The notes below the pieces were generated by a model. The model ran no database searches. It saw only the letters and a list, made by a program, of their open reading frames with translations, and was not told where the DNA came from. This document shows, piece after piece, positions 12,292 to 24,378 of a DNA stretch of 64,000 bases. Source of the DNA: Lama glama. Taxonomy: Eukaryota. Each line of letters starts with the position of its first letter. Position 1 is the stretch's first letter. A program made the position numbers and the translations under genes. Location of the stretch: the NCBI GenBank assembly GCA_028534125.1, contig CM052816.1, positions 95,234,001-95,298,000 on the forward strand. Reading direction: 5' to 3'.

Positions 12292-13315
12292 CACACAGTG
12301 AAGGCCATTTATGAGACGCCCACAGCTAACATCATAATCGGGTTAAAACTGAAAGCCTGTCCTCTAACTTCTGATGCGAGGCCAGGAGGACTGCTTTCTC
12401 CGCATCTATTCAACACAGTACTGGAAGCACTAGCCAGAGCGCTCAGACACGAAAAAGACATAAAAGGCATCCAGATCATAAAGGAAGAAGTAGAACTATC
12501 TCTGTTTGCAAATGGCCTGATCCTATATATAGAAAACCCTAAAGACTCCACCAACAAACTGTTAGAATAAAGCCCAGTAAAGTTGCGGGATGCAAAACCA
12601 ACATGCAAAAGTCAGTTGTACTTCTTTACACCAACCAAGATTTATTTTGAAAGGAAATCAAGAAACAATCCCATTTACAATAGCACCAAAAAGAGTAAAG
12701 TACTTAGGCATAAATTTAACCAAGGAGGCAAGGATCTGTACACTGAAAACTATAAAACATGGGTGAAAGAAATTGAAGACACAAATAAATGGAAAGATAT
12801 CTTGAGTCTTTCCAATCATGGACTGGAAGAATGACCATCATTAAAATGTCCATGATACCCAAAGTGATACACAGATTCAGCACAATCTCTAGCAAACTTC
12901 CAATGGCATTTTTCACAGAAATAGAAAAAAACGATCCTAAAATCCATATGGAACCACAAAAGACCCCAAATAGCCAAAGTAATCTTAAGAAAGAAGAACA
13001 AAGTTGAAAGCATCACACTTCCTGATTTCAAATTATATTACAAAGCTATAGTAATCAAAACAGTATCATATGGGCACAAAAAGAGACACATAGATCAACA
13101 GAACAGAATAGAGAACCCCCAAATAAACCCAACCATGTATGGTCCACGAATTTTAGACAAAGACATTGAGAATACACAGTGGAGAAAGGATCGTCTCTTC
13201 AGCAAATGGTACTGGGGAAACTGTATCCATCTGTACAAGAATGAATCCTTATCTTACCCCTTCCACAAAATCAACTCAGAATGATTAATGACTTAAGTGT
13301 TTAAGCCCTGAAACT
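12292..13315 (+). mobile_element. L1 ORF2 fragment (reverse-transcriptase region), frameshifted
   Basis: Peptides [59 protein letters not shown] (decayed FADD) and [18 protein letters not shown] are spread over several frames. Confidence 0.92.
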
Positions 13316-14053
13316 GTATTTTTAAGTCTTTTCAAATCAAGGGTGGGTAACTGGCAGCAAGACAACACAGGACCCCCATTTTATCCACCAAGCAGGTACA
13401 AACCACCTACTATGTGGAACAAACTCTACTCAACTGAAGAGAGCATAAATGAATGCATGATGTTGAGGACCTTCCTTTCCTCACAGAGCTCATCAGGCTC
13501 AGAGAGAGAACATCAACCAATTGTTATAAAACAAAGCAGGAAGAACAGAGTTTCAAAAACGAGTTGCAAACTGTGATGAGGTTCCAAGGTCAGAAAGAAG
13601 GCATCCGGCGAGGGACACGGGAGTTCACAGGGAAGGTGACATCTGAGACAGCTCTGCAGTAGAGAGAGAGGAACAGGGTATGTTCCAGTGCCAAGTGAAA
13701 ACACAGAGCCCCAGGTTCAAAATCCTTAAGAATTTCAAGACAGCAGCAGCAGAGCAGCACACACCACACACTGAGGACCCCTTCAAGCACAGAGCCCTGG
13801 GGCTGCACGAGTTACACACCCACAAAAGCCTCAGCAGCAGAAACAATGCCGAAGAGTTGGGGGGTGGAGGGGTTAGCGATGGACTGTGCTTCGAACACAT
13901 AAAGTAGGAGATGCTCGGAGGTCGGCGGGAGAAACCCTGCAGTCAATCTTGAAGACAAGCCTGTCGCTCAGGAGAGTTGTCGAGAGCTGGCATCAGCTAT
14001 ACAAGCCTGGGCTGGGAGGGCCTCTGCCAGCAGGTAAAATTCCCAAGGAGGAA

Positions 14054-14545
14054 TGCATGAGTCAGGATTCTGCAGAGACAGAACCAACAGGGGATACAGA
14101 CACAAAGAGATGTATTTTAAGGAATTGGTTCACATGATCTTGGGGGCTGGCAGACTGGAAACACAGGCAGGAGCTGATGCTGCAGTCTTTTTTTCTTTTT
14201 CCTTTTTAAAATTTTTTTTGGAGGCGGTAATTAGGTTGTTGTTTTTTTTTTTTTTAATGGAGGTACTGGAGATTGAACCCAAAACCTTGTGCATGCTAAG
14301 CATACTCTCCCCACTGATGCTGCAATCTTGAGGCAGAATTCCTTCTCCAGGAAACCTGATTTTGCTCTTAAAGCCTTCAACTGATTGGATGAGGCCCACC
14401 TGGATTATCAGTGGTAATCTTGAGTTACAGTCAACTGACTCTAGCTTTAACCACATGCACAAAACACTCTGACAGCACTAGATCAGTGTGGCTGAACAGC
14501 GAGGTGTTCTAGCCGAACCAAGCTAATGCTCAAAAATAACCGCCA
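14054..14545 (-). mobile_element. MLT2-type (ERVL) solo LTR interrupted by a SINE
   Basis: gtcaggattctgcagagacagaaccaacagg, tattttaaggaattggttcacatgat, ccttcaactgattggatgaggcccacc. Confidence 0.8.
14190..14313 (-). mobile_element. 5'-truncated Vic-1-like SINE
   Basis: 16-bp TSD CTGATGCTGCA(G/A)TCTT at 14174-14189 and 14314-14329. The A-box end is missing. Confidence 0.85.
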
Positions 14546-15882
14546 CAGGGAGCAAAGAGGGATAAGCAGGTTGAAAGAGCGTCAGGACAAAGGGAAACCA
14601 GACAGTGCCCCCAGGGGAGACCAGGAAGTGGACAGTGTGCAGGAAACCCACGGAGTCCCAGGAGGTGGCTTCAGTGGGCGTGGTCCCAGCTGCAGGGAAT
14701 TGATGTTCTCACCCCAGGTCAGGCCGCTGTCAAAATCATGCAGCCAGCTGTTTTCCACCACAGGCACCTGGCTGAGAGGTGAGGCTCTGTGTACCGATCC
14801 TGCGCCTGGAACAGCCTGCCGTCCCCGCCTCCACCCACTCTGGGGAGGGGCTGTCAGTTTCTGACTCTGACAATAGTGCCCAAAATGCTGGGGAGGGTTC
14901 AGGGAGCCCTGTCAAGGCCATGAACAGCTCCAGTGGGTGAACTGGGAGGGAAGAAATCAGAGCTCAAGAAGGTAAGGTCAAGACCCAGAAATGGGTGCTT
15001 TCACGACACCCAACAATGAAGCTGCAGACTGAGTGCTGGGGCAGCCGGAGAAGCTGCAGGAACAGAGTGAGTGAGGGCAGAACAGGCCCCGCGGGGAGGC
15101 TGAGCCCCGGGCGCCAGGCGGGCACCGCCAGCCCCACACACCCCCGGCCTTGGGAAGCAGAGGATTTCAGGAGCCTGCAGGCAAGTGGGTTTCAGCTTTG
15201 TCTGACTTGGAGTTTGGGGGTTTGTTTTTGTTTTTGATGACAGAAGAGATCCAAAGATGTTGTAAGAAGAAGGGAAAGAACCAGCAGAGAGGGAGAGGTG
15301 GAAAAGGCGGTGAGAGGTGACAATGGCCAGGGACTGGGTCAGGGGAGAATGGGGGCGAAACCCACTCGGGGAGGGGTTTGCGCTCAGAGGGGCAGGGATG
15401 GAGGTGACAGACAATCCATCCACGGCCTTTACTGGGCACTTCCCAAGTCCCCTGCCCCGGACACCCAGTCAAGGTCAAAACCAGGCTGGCCCTGCCCTCA
15501 ACATGGCTGTCACCCTCTGAGGCAGGAGCAAAAAAGGTTGGGAGGGGAGCCAGACAAGACTGAGGACACCAACCTCCATCCTCTTCTCCAGCTAGAAAGC
15601 CAGGCCGCGCGAGGTGGGAGGGAAAGCCCCCAAGTTGAGTTGACAGAAACATTAAATGGGAGATGTCAATGTGGTCACCAGCGGGACTGCTGAACAGAGT
15701 CGGACCCCACCCCAGAGCTTCCGAGGTGCTGCGGACACTGCTGGACAGGGGATATGCTGTGAGGACCTCAGCGACAGGTCAGCAAGCCCAGGTGGAGGCG
15801 AGCAAGAGGGCCGCTCGGCCCAAGCTCACCGGGAAATGGGTCAAGTTTGGGGCTTTGCATACTTCTTTAAAAATGTAATTTT

Positions 15883-15976
15883 TCTTTTTTTTTTTTAATG
15901 GAGTTACTGGGGGTAGAACCCAGGACCTCATGCATGCTAAGCACATGCTCTGCCACTGAGCTGTACCCTCCTACCC
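15883..15976 (-). mobile_element. Vic-1-like SINE
   Basis: tRNA-like head in reverse. TSD aaaa(t/c)gtaattt. Confidence 0.85.
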
Positions 15977-16149
15977 AAAAACGTAATTTCTTATCACACA
16001 TCATAATTTATAGGAAACTTATGGTTATAAGACCCTTGAAGACTGACCCCATGTCACTTTGTTTGGCAGGCACTTCCTGCGGTGATGTGAAGTTGTGTTC
16101 TTCTACTGAGAAAAATGTCAAGGTATAGTTCATCTTTCATAAAAACTCT

Positions 16150-16370
16150 TTTATAAATAATGTAAACAAAGAAAGTAGATTAGTGGTTGCTTGGGCTGGG
16201 GGGGCAGGGGACGGCGGGGTGACAGCAAGGCTTCTTTCTGAGGTGATGACAGTGTTCTGAAACGGACCATGGCGACGCCTACATGTATCTGAATATACAG
16301 AAAACCACTGAACTGTACACTTTAAACGGGTGAATTGTAAAGCATGTGAATTATACATCAATACTACTTT
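16150..16370 (+). mobile_element. Old L1 (L1MB-type) 3' end
   Basis: gaaagtagattagtggttgc ... aaccactgaactgtacactttaaacgggtgaattgta...tgtgaattata. Confidence 0.8.
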
Positions 16371-16774
16371 TTTTTTCTTAAACAATCAATTTTTTCCATT
16401 TCCTTTTCAGATTACTTTCTTTTATTTTGCACTTTGGAGATTTCCCACCACTTAGAACTTGAAAGCCTCAGTTTTCTTTAAAAATTTTTCTATTCCTAGG
16501 CACCTTGGGACTACTTAATTTTTAATTGTTTAATTGTATTCATTTAAACTTTGGTTTTAAATCACAGAATAGCAGAATTCCCTATTTTTAGATATGGTGA
16601 TCATCTATATATAAACCCATCTGACTTTCCACATAGAGACTCTGGAATTTTTTGAGTGAAAGTCATGTATATATAATTCCATTCAAATATTGAAAAACTA
16701 CATACCTCTTCTGCAGGTGGAAAGGTACTTTAAGTGCATATTTAAAATTATTCCTTCGACATTTGTTATGTTCT

Positions 16775-17080
16775 GCTACAGACTAAACGTGTCCCCCAAA
16801 ATTCATATGCTGAAATCCTCACCCCCAGGTGTGATGGTACCAGCCGGTGATTAGGTCCTGAGGGTGGATGAGGGTCCTTATAAAGAGAGCCCTCGGAGCT
16901 CCCTCCCCCATTCTGTCTGGCGAGGACATGGAGAAAAGACAGCGGTCTGTTAACCAGGAATTGCGCCCTCACCAAACACTGAATCCGCAGGGCCCTGACC
17001 TCGGACTTGAGGGACACTGTTGCTTCTAAGCCGCCCAGTCTGCAGTGTCCTGTCACAGCAGCCCAAAGGGACCAAAACAC
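16775..17080 (+). mobile_element. MLT1A-type MaLR solo LTR
   Basis: tgctacagactaaacgtgtcccccaaaattcatatgctgaaatcc ... cagcagcccaaagggaccaaaaca. Confidence 0.8.
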
Positions 17081-19417
17081 ATTTTAATAGCAAACATTCA
17101 GGAATTTCCATTTCTTTGGGAAAAGTCTTTTTCCTTCTTACACTGACTTTTTTTCCTAAAGTACTCATGTCATTGATAAGGAAACACGGCCTCCATGTAT
17201 TTGCTAAAACACTTACATTGAAATCAAGGCATTTGCAGACTGATAGACGGAACTTGCTAGATGTAAACAAAAACTTGGTAAGTTTCTAGTTACTTTCAAA
17301 GACCCCTCAATTGAATTCACATTAGGTAATTTAAAAAAAATAATTGAATAGTATTCTTGGACCCAATAGTGTCATTAGTAGAATCACTGTTAAGTCACTG
17401 CCTTTAATAAATGAAATAAGATTTTGCGGGCTTTTTTTTTTAAGTTAACTCAATACACTTGCAGCTCATGTTAAACAGACCCAAAGGATTTAGATTTGTT
17501 TACACCAAACGACATTTTTAAACAATTAATTCGATTAAAAATAAATTCACCATAGGTTCCCTGGTGCACTTTAAGTAACTGAACTTTTAAAGAAATGTGT
17601 TTACTCTGCTTTCCATGTGTGGCCGTGGAGACAGTCCGCCCCCACCCACTGCAGGCCCTCCCGCGATGGGCCCTCCCCAGTCGAGGGCTCTCCTGTCTCC
17701 CAAAAACCTGCCTAGAAGATGCGTCAGTCCCGGGTCCCCTTGGGTGGCAGCTCTCTCATGTGATAGGAGAACCCAGCCTAAGCAGCTACGTTTGGGCAAA
17801 AACTTCCCTCCCAGTGGATGTGCCCCAGATCCTGTAACTTAGCACAACAGCACTCCTCCAAAGCAGGGTTTCCAGATTCTGCTAAAGGAGGAATTCTGTG
17901 GTCTGTGGGCCTTTCTGCTTCTCTGAGGTGACACTTTGTGTGTGGCCCCGACACAGGAGCGGCTCTCCTAGGTAGGGGGACCCACCGTCCCAGTCTGCCA
18001 GGGGCACAGGGGAGGGCCAGTAGGTACCTCCCATCCATCACAGAGCATGGAGGGTGAGCCTGGGGACCTCAGAGGTGGCCTGTTCTAGCCATACCCCCCA
18101 ACAGAGGAGGACATGCGGTGACATGACACACCAAAGCCACTCCTTCCCGGCTCCACGGTGCCTCCTGTGTCCCTTTCCACTGCGGATGAGCGGGCCCCGC
18201 AAAGACCTGGATTCTCTGAAGCGGAGGCTCAGCGGGGAGATGCATCTCCCAGAAACACGGCATTACTGTAAGTGGAATTCATTTCCTAGAAACCCGCCCA
18301 TTGCCTAAGGCCAGGGAAAGAAAGCCTGACGCACAGCTCCTAAACTGTCCCGGGGCTCTGTTTGTAGCACAGGACTTTTGTTTTCATATACAAAAGCTGG
18401 AAGGCCTGAAAGGAAGCAATACCCTGATCCTCCTGATAGGAGTGGGGAGGCCAGGCCCTTTGGGAGGCCTGGCGTGATGCCGTGGAGGAGAAGCAGAAAT
18501 GGAAGGGAACTTCAGGAACCCCCTGCGGCTGCTTGTTCACAGCAGAACATCAGGATAGAATCAGGCCTGAAAGTCCCGGGATGCAGGAGGGCTCCCCCAC
18601 CCCAACCCCGGGGGCTCTTTGCACTAACTGGTAGTCACGGGAAGTGCTGGGGAAAGAAAGAGGGCGTGTGCCGACCCCTTGGCATAGTAGCCATCCCTGC
18701 CCCCTTTGGGATGCCCTCCTTCCTCACCAGCCACGAGTCTAGACCCTGCTCATCCTCTTTCAAGCCCCAGACTGCCTCTGTTCCTCTTCCTGAGGCAGCG
18801 AGCGTCTCGGCCTCCACCCACCTGTAGTCAAAGGTGCTTCCAAGATGCACTGGATGTGGCCGCAGCCCCTGCCCCACCCCTCCTCACCCTCCCGCCTTGC
18901 TTCACCTGCACCCGTGGCCCAGCTGCCACCTTCCTGGCGCTATAAACACTTAACTTGAGATCCACCTTCTTAACTAATTGTGATGCTTACAAAAGGACAA
19001 CACCTTTTGTAAACCAAGTGGACACACCATTTTCTTGACCCCTTCTCCTTGGTTAGACATTTAACTGGCTCCTTTTCCCCTGGCGAAAATGGAAACAGCA
19101 GTATTGGAAACCCCATCTTGAGGTCAGTTCCCCCACAGAAACAACAGGTCCAGTCCCTGAGTGCCCAGGACGTGGCACACACCGCCTGTGTACGTGACTG
19201 GTTCATTCTGCCTAGACCCTCTATAAGGTGCTGCTGTCCTCACAGACAGCATCCTTGTTTTCTGTACGGGGATCTGGAGGAAACTGAGGATGGAAAGATC
19301 ATGTGACTTGTCCAGGATCCTGTGATCAACCTAAGCCTGCCATCTTTGGCCACTAAACTTGTTTTCTACTCTAAGAATAACGCTCTAGAGCTCTTCCAGC
19401 AAGAGTACATGCCAATC

Positions 19418-19745
19418 TGGAGAAAACTTTAACTTGAAAAGATACATGCTCCCCAATGTTCTTAGCAGCACTGTTTACAATAGCCAAGACATGGAAACAG
19501 CATAAGTGTCCAACAACAGATGAATGGATAAAGATGCAGTGTGTGTGTGTATATATATATATACACACCATGGTTACCAAAGGGGAAAGGGGTGGGAGAG
19601 AGGGATAAATTAGGAGCTTGGGATTTGCAGATACACACTACTATATATAAAATAGATAAACAACAAGGACCTACTGTACAGCACAGGGAACTATAATCAA
19701 TATATTATAATAACCTATAATGCAAAAGAATCTGGAAAAGAATAC

Positions 19746-19781
<36 letters not shown>

Positions 19782-19853
19782 GTAACTGAATCACTTTGCT
19801 GTACACCTGAAACTAACACAACATTGTAAATCAACTGTACTTCAATTAAAAAA
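19418..19853 (+). mobile_element. L1 3' end with internal deletion, inserted in a MER5A-like element (~19375-19985)
   Basis: ORF2 C-terminal sequence joined to 3' UTR at ccATGGttacc. TSD ATGCCAATC at 19409-19417 and 19854-19862. MER5A-like ctgcattt...ctcccaggtgatgc follows. Confidence 0.82.
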
Positions 19854-19994
19854 ATGCCAATCACCGAGACTGGCTTACAGTGCAGATCCTGGTTCTGTGG
19901 GTCCGGGAGGGTCTGGGAGCCTGCATTTGGGAAAAAACTCCCAGGTGATGCCGTGCTGCCAGCAATTCTGACCACACTTGAGTATCAATGGTTC

Positions 19995-20098
19995 AAACCC
20001 CCAGTATTTCCAGTTGGTCCCATTCCCCCATGTTAACCAGGTCTGACGCTGCTTCAGTTTCCGAAGTTCGGTCTATTCGTGGTGGTAAGGCTGCAGAT
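19995..20098 (-). pseudogene. Degraded 5S rRNA pseudogene
   Basis: Reverse complement atctgcagccttaccacc...aagcagcgtcagacctggttaaca...gaccaactggaaatactgggg is colinear with 5S rRNA (gtctacggccataccacc...aagcagggtcgggcctggttagta...gaccgcctgggaataccgggt), with a ~10-nt internal deletion. Confidence 0.7.
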
Positions 20099-20119
20099 AA
20101 AAGGTAATGCATGCCTTCC

Positions 20120-20530
20120 TTCATTTTTATTAAGCTTTTGATTTTGAAATACTGACAGACCGACAGGAAGTTGCCCTCTTCGTCCTTTCTCCTCCACATC
20201 AACATCTCACATAATTACAGGACAAGAGCATCGTGAAATGGGCCTCGTTGCAATCCACGGGGCTTGTTCAGGGGTCCCCAGTCATGTGCGTGTGCGTGGT
20301 ACTATGACATTTGAACCCACGTACAACTCCCTGTAACCACCAGCACCATCTAGATGCAGGGCTGCCCCAATTAGGGTAGCATCCACCGCTCTCCCCGAAG
20401 CGCTAACCCCGGCAACCTCTAATCTGTTCTCCATCTCCACAACTGCACTACTTCAGGAATGTTACATAAATGGAATTATACAACATATAATCCTTTGAGA
20501 TGGACTTTTTTCACTCAGCCTAATTCCTCC
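20120..20530 (-). mobile_element. Old L1 (L1MC-type) 3' fragment
   Basis: cggcaacctctaatctgttctccatctc...caggaatgttacataaatggaattatacaacatataatcctttgagat. Confidence 0.75.
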
Positions 20531-21101
20531 GTCTTCCTTCATTTTTAAACCAACTTCAAGTGCCTTCCCTGGTCTCAGAAAAAGTGCTACTATAAACTTA
20601 ACACCGTTGACTGGGCACCTCCCAGGAGCAGGGCTCCTGCCTCTTCAAAGGCCTCCCCTCCGCACCTCCTGCGACGCCTCTCCCAGCTGGAAAGTCCCTC
20701 CCCAGGTGTGGCCTTTAGTTCAGGAGTCACTTAAATCTCAGAAACGGAAGCAGAGGAACATGCTCGATTCTGTATCCATCACATGCCTACTTTGGATCCG
20801 ACCATGTTCAGAGCTGACATAAATATGCCTTTAGAAGCATATATTGTTTTATGTTACTCTGAAATTGCTCAAATCCCCACCACTCCAATCCAATTTTGCC
20901 ACCAAGCCAACTGTCACCCGGGATTTCACATCTACCTTAATTTCCCTGTCTCCGACTTAGTAGAAGTAAGTAAATGCCACTTTAAACTGTCTTTCAGATT
21001 CAGGAACATCATTTAAAAATAGTCTCTCTTCTTTCTGAACACACACACTGACATCAAGGATTCTTAACATCCTACTTCATCATAAAACCTGACCTCAGAA
21101 G

Positions 21102-21142
<41 letters not shown>

Positions 21143-21329
21143 CACGCACACACACCATCATTCCACCACTGTCTAAAAGAATTACTTCCCAATCATCTGC
21201 AATGAAACATATTTCCTTTGTTCACATATTATAACAACTTCTCTGCATATTTCTTACTTCTTTTAATTAAAGGGATTACGTACTATTTTACACATGGAAC
21301 TGCTTTGACTTAACCTGGGGAAATCATAA

Positions 21330-21950
21330 AATGTCACATGGTTATGATTTAGAATTACTGGCCCAATAGGCTGTAAATCTAGTCTCAAGAAATTTCAATG
21401 TGTCATACAAGCCATATTCTCTGAATCAGGTTTAAAAAATTATTTTAATAAAGCTTAAAAATGTATATATTTTAAAAATTGCAAACTTAATTCTAAATAA
21501 CTTCTAGGTCAAAAAAAGAGGAAATCACAATGCAAATGAGAAAAAAATAGTACTAAAATATTACATATCAAAACTTGTGAGAAAAACAAAAGTGATACTT
21601 TTAGAGAAAATTACATGTAGAATAAATCTGAAGGAAGAAAGTAATAGAAAAGCAGAAACTGACAAAATAGTGAAGAAGGAACTATACTCAGTACAAAAGT
21701 TGACTCTTTCAAAAGATTAATAAAATAAGATACTTTTGACAATATGTCACAAAAAAATAGCAAAAATTCAAAAATGTGGAAATACAGGATATAATCCCAT
21801 TATAGCAGAGATTTAAAAGAGAACTCTATTAAAAACATCATATAATTAACCTTTACAACTTAGGAAAAAAAATGGAATAGTTTCCTAGAACAATAGACAT
21901 TACTATAACGGACTCAGGAAGAAAGAGAAAATTTAAATAAACCTTTAACC
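21330..21950 (+). mobile_element. Ancient L1 ORF2 (post-endonuclease) remnant
   Basis: A-rich sequence with acatatcaaaacttgtg, ctttcaaaagattaataaaat, ttcctagaa...actcaggaagaaagagaaaattt. Confidence 0.65.
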
Positions 21951-22679
21951 ATTAGTGACTGACCTTCAGGTCTGATGGGGGGCTTGAATTTTAGTAACTT
22001 GCATTTAGGTAAGTAACATCTATAGCTTTTCCTATGTTGTAGCCATATCTACTAGAAGGCATCATTCAAAACAGCTCTGAATAATAGCTCCCATATTATA
22101 CTGATATGAATATTAGATGAATAAATGAGATTCCAAAAGAGTTCCTATACCCTCTTGTTTTAGATTTGTGTAACACCCTTCCCTTAGCCTTCTTGGACAG
22201 GCAGAGGATGGAAAAGAAATCAAATGTTCCAAACCACCCCACGGAATTCCTAGGTAGCCCACTTCTCATGTGCAGCCAGGAGGCAAAGGTGGAAGGGGCT
22301 CAGGGCCCCGTGGAGAAACCCACTGGCATCAAAAACAGCACCATGAACAGCTTCCAGGTCATTCTAGAACCCAGCTCTCCTGACACATCCAGATGCCCCC
22401 TTCTCTGAGGCCCACTTTCTTCAACTACAAAATGATGGGGACCACTACCCTCTAAGATCCATTCCAGCTTCAAAATCCCCTGATGATGGCCTGTCTAGGT
22501 GTCTGAAACCATCATCCACACAAACACACCAAAAGCAGTCTTTCCATCAAAATTAAGTCAGGCCTTCAGGGTCTGATGCTTCTTGATTAGGAAATGGAGG
22601 TACCTGCTACCCTCCACTTGGGCCCCTAGCTAAAATTGTCCTTATGTATATTTATTTATATAAAAATAGATTTTATTTT

Positions 22680-24378
22680 TTTATTTTATTTTTTATTGAC
22701 GTATAGTTGATTTACAATGTTAGTTTCGGGTGTACAGCAAAGTGATTCAGTTATACATATACATAGGTATATATATTTTTTTTCAGATTCTAATAAAAAT
22801 AAAATTTAAGTAAACATAAATGCTTAGGGTTAGTGAATAGTATCCTTTACAAACAAAAGCAAATACACATCTAAGGGTAAATCTGGGCTTGGCTTTATAA
22901 CTTGCTTGGGCAGAACTGACATTAAACCTCGTTTGCTCTGCTTGCTCCCTGGGAATCCTGTCCCCCGCCACGGAGAAGCAGCCCAGGCCATTCTGCCAGA
23001 GAACCAGAAACCACACAGAGTGGAGACCAGCCACCCCAGCCAAGATGTCCCTGGTCCTGCCACCGAAGCTGGCCCCAGCCAAAAGCAAACCCAGCTGAGA
23101 TGGGCTGAGTTGGGCCTCCCTTTAGCAAACTGTGACTGGTATGTACACCCATCAGATGTCACACTTATTTGTTACACAGCATTGCTGTGTCCACAGATAA
23201 CTGACACTTACATGAAGAACACTGGGGAGGCTCTTTATGACAGTACAATGATGGATAGGTATCATTATACATTTGTCCAAACCCACAGAATGTCCGGCAC
23301 CAAGAATGAACCCCAGTGAAAATCCAGGGGCTTTGGCTAATCATGCTGTGTCAGTGCAGCTTCATCAGGTAAAACCACGGTACCTCCCTGGGGGGTGTTA
23401 GCAATGTAGCTGGTGGTGTGCATGGTGGGAGCAGGTGGTATATGGGAACCTCTGTACCTTCCCCTCAATTTGGCTGTGAACCTAAAACTGCTCTTAAAAA
23501 ATTAACTTTCAAAATTGTAGAATAGATAAACAAGATTACACTGTATAGCACAGGGAAATATACACAAAATGTTATGATAAATCACAGAGAAAAAAATGTG
23601 ACAATGAGTCTGTATATGTCCATGAATGACTGAAAAATTGTGCTGAACACTGGAATTTGACACAACATTGTAAAATGATTGTAAATCAATAAAAAATGTT
23701 AAAAAAATTAACTCCTTTCAAAAAACTAAAAAACAAAACAAAACACATGGGCTTCTCAACTACTTCTGGGCCCAGAGCAGCCCCCACCTTGGTTAGCGGA
23801 GAAAGAAGAGGCCGAGGCCAGTCAGCCCGCTGGCCCCAAGCCCAGGGTTTCTGGGCTCCCGTCAGCTGACTCACTTCTCTGCTCTGGGCCCCTGGGCTCC
23901 CAGTCTCATGGGCTCATCCTCCCTTCTCATCCCCATCAGAATCTGCAACTAACACACTAGCATACATCCCCAAACAGCAAAGCCAGGCCTGAGGCCAGAA
24001 ATCACTTTCTGTACCAACCAGCAGATTCTAAGCACACACAGGCCCCTGGATACTGAGGCCTGGTAGATGCCAAAGAGCTGGATGTGAATCCAAACTGGAT
24101 TCTCATTTTAGGAAAAGGTGATTCCAAAATGTATCAATCCTTCTGTGGCATTTGAAAAGCCAAATCCAGAAACAAAACATTTCTCATGTACAGGTCAACA
24201 TAACAGTCCCTAAACAACAAGGACCTACTGTACAGCACAGGGAACTATGGTCAATACCTTGTAATGGTCTACAATGAAAAAGAATATGAAAAGGAATACA
24301 TATATATAACTGAGTCACTATCCTGTACACCAGAAATTAATACAACACTGTAAACTTACTACACGGCGTTAAAAATAA
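22680..24378. mobile_element. Cluster: L1 3' tip (-, ~22680-22787), MLT1-like LTR (~22920-23210), L1MC 3' end (+, ~23220-23500), young L1 3' end (+, ~23508-23701), L1 3' end (+, ~24210-24378)
   Basis: Diagnostic 3' UTR motifs for each piece. The young L1 is flanked by AAAAAATTAACT at 23496-23507 and 23702-23713. Confidence 0.72.

Noticed and set aside
12130..13031. Active reverse transcriptase or novel RT system
   Set aside because: Ordinary decayed L1 ORF2: the catalytic FADD reads FANG, there are multiple frameshifts and stops, and the ORF start comes from an adjacent MER20.
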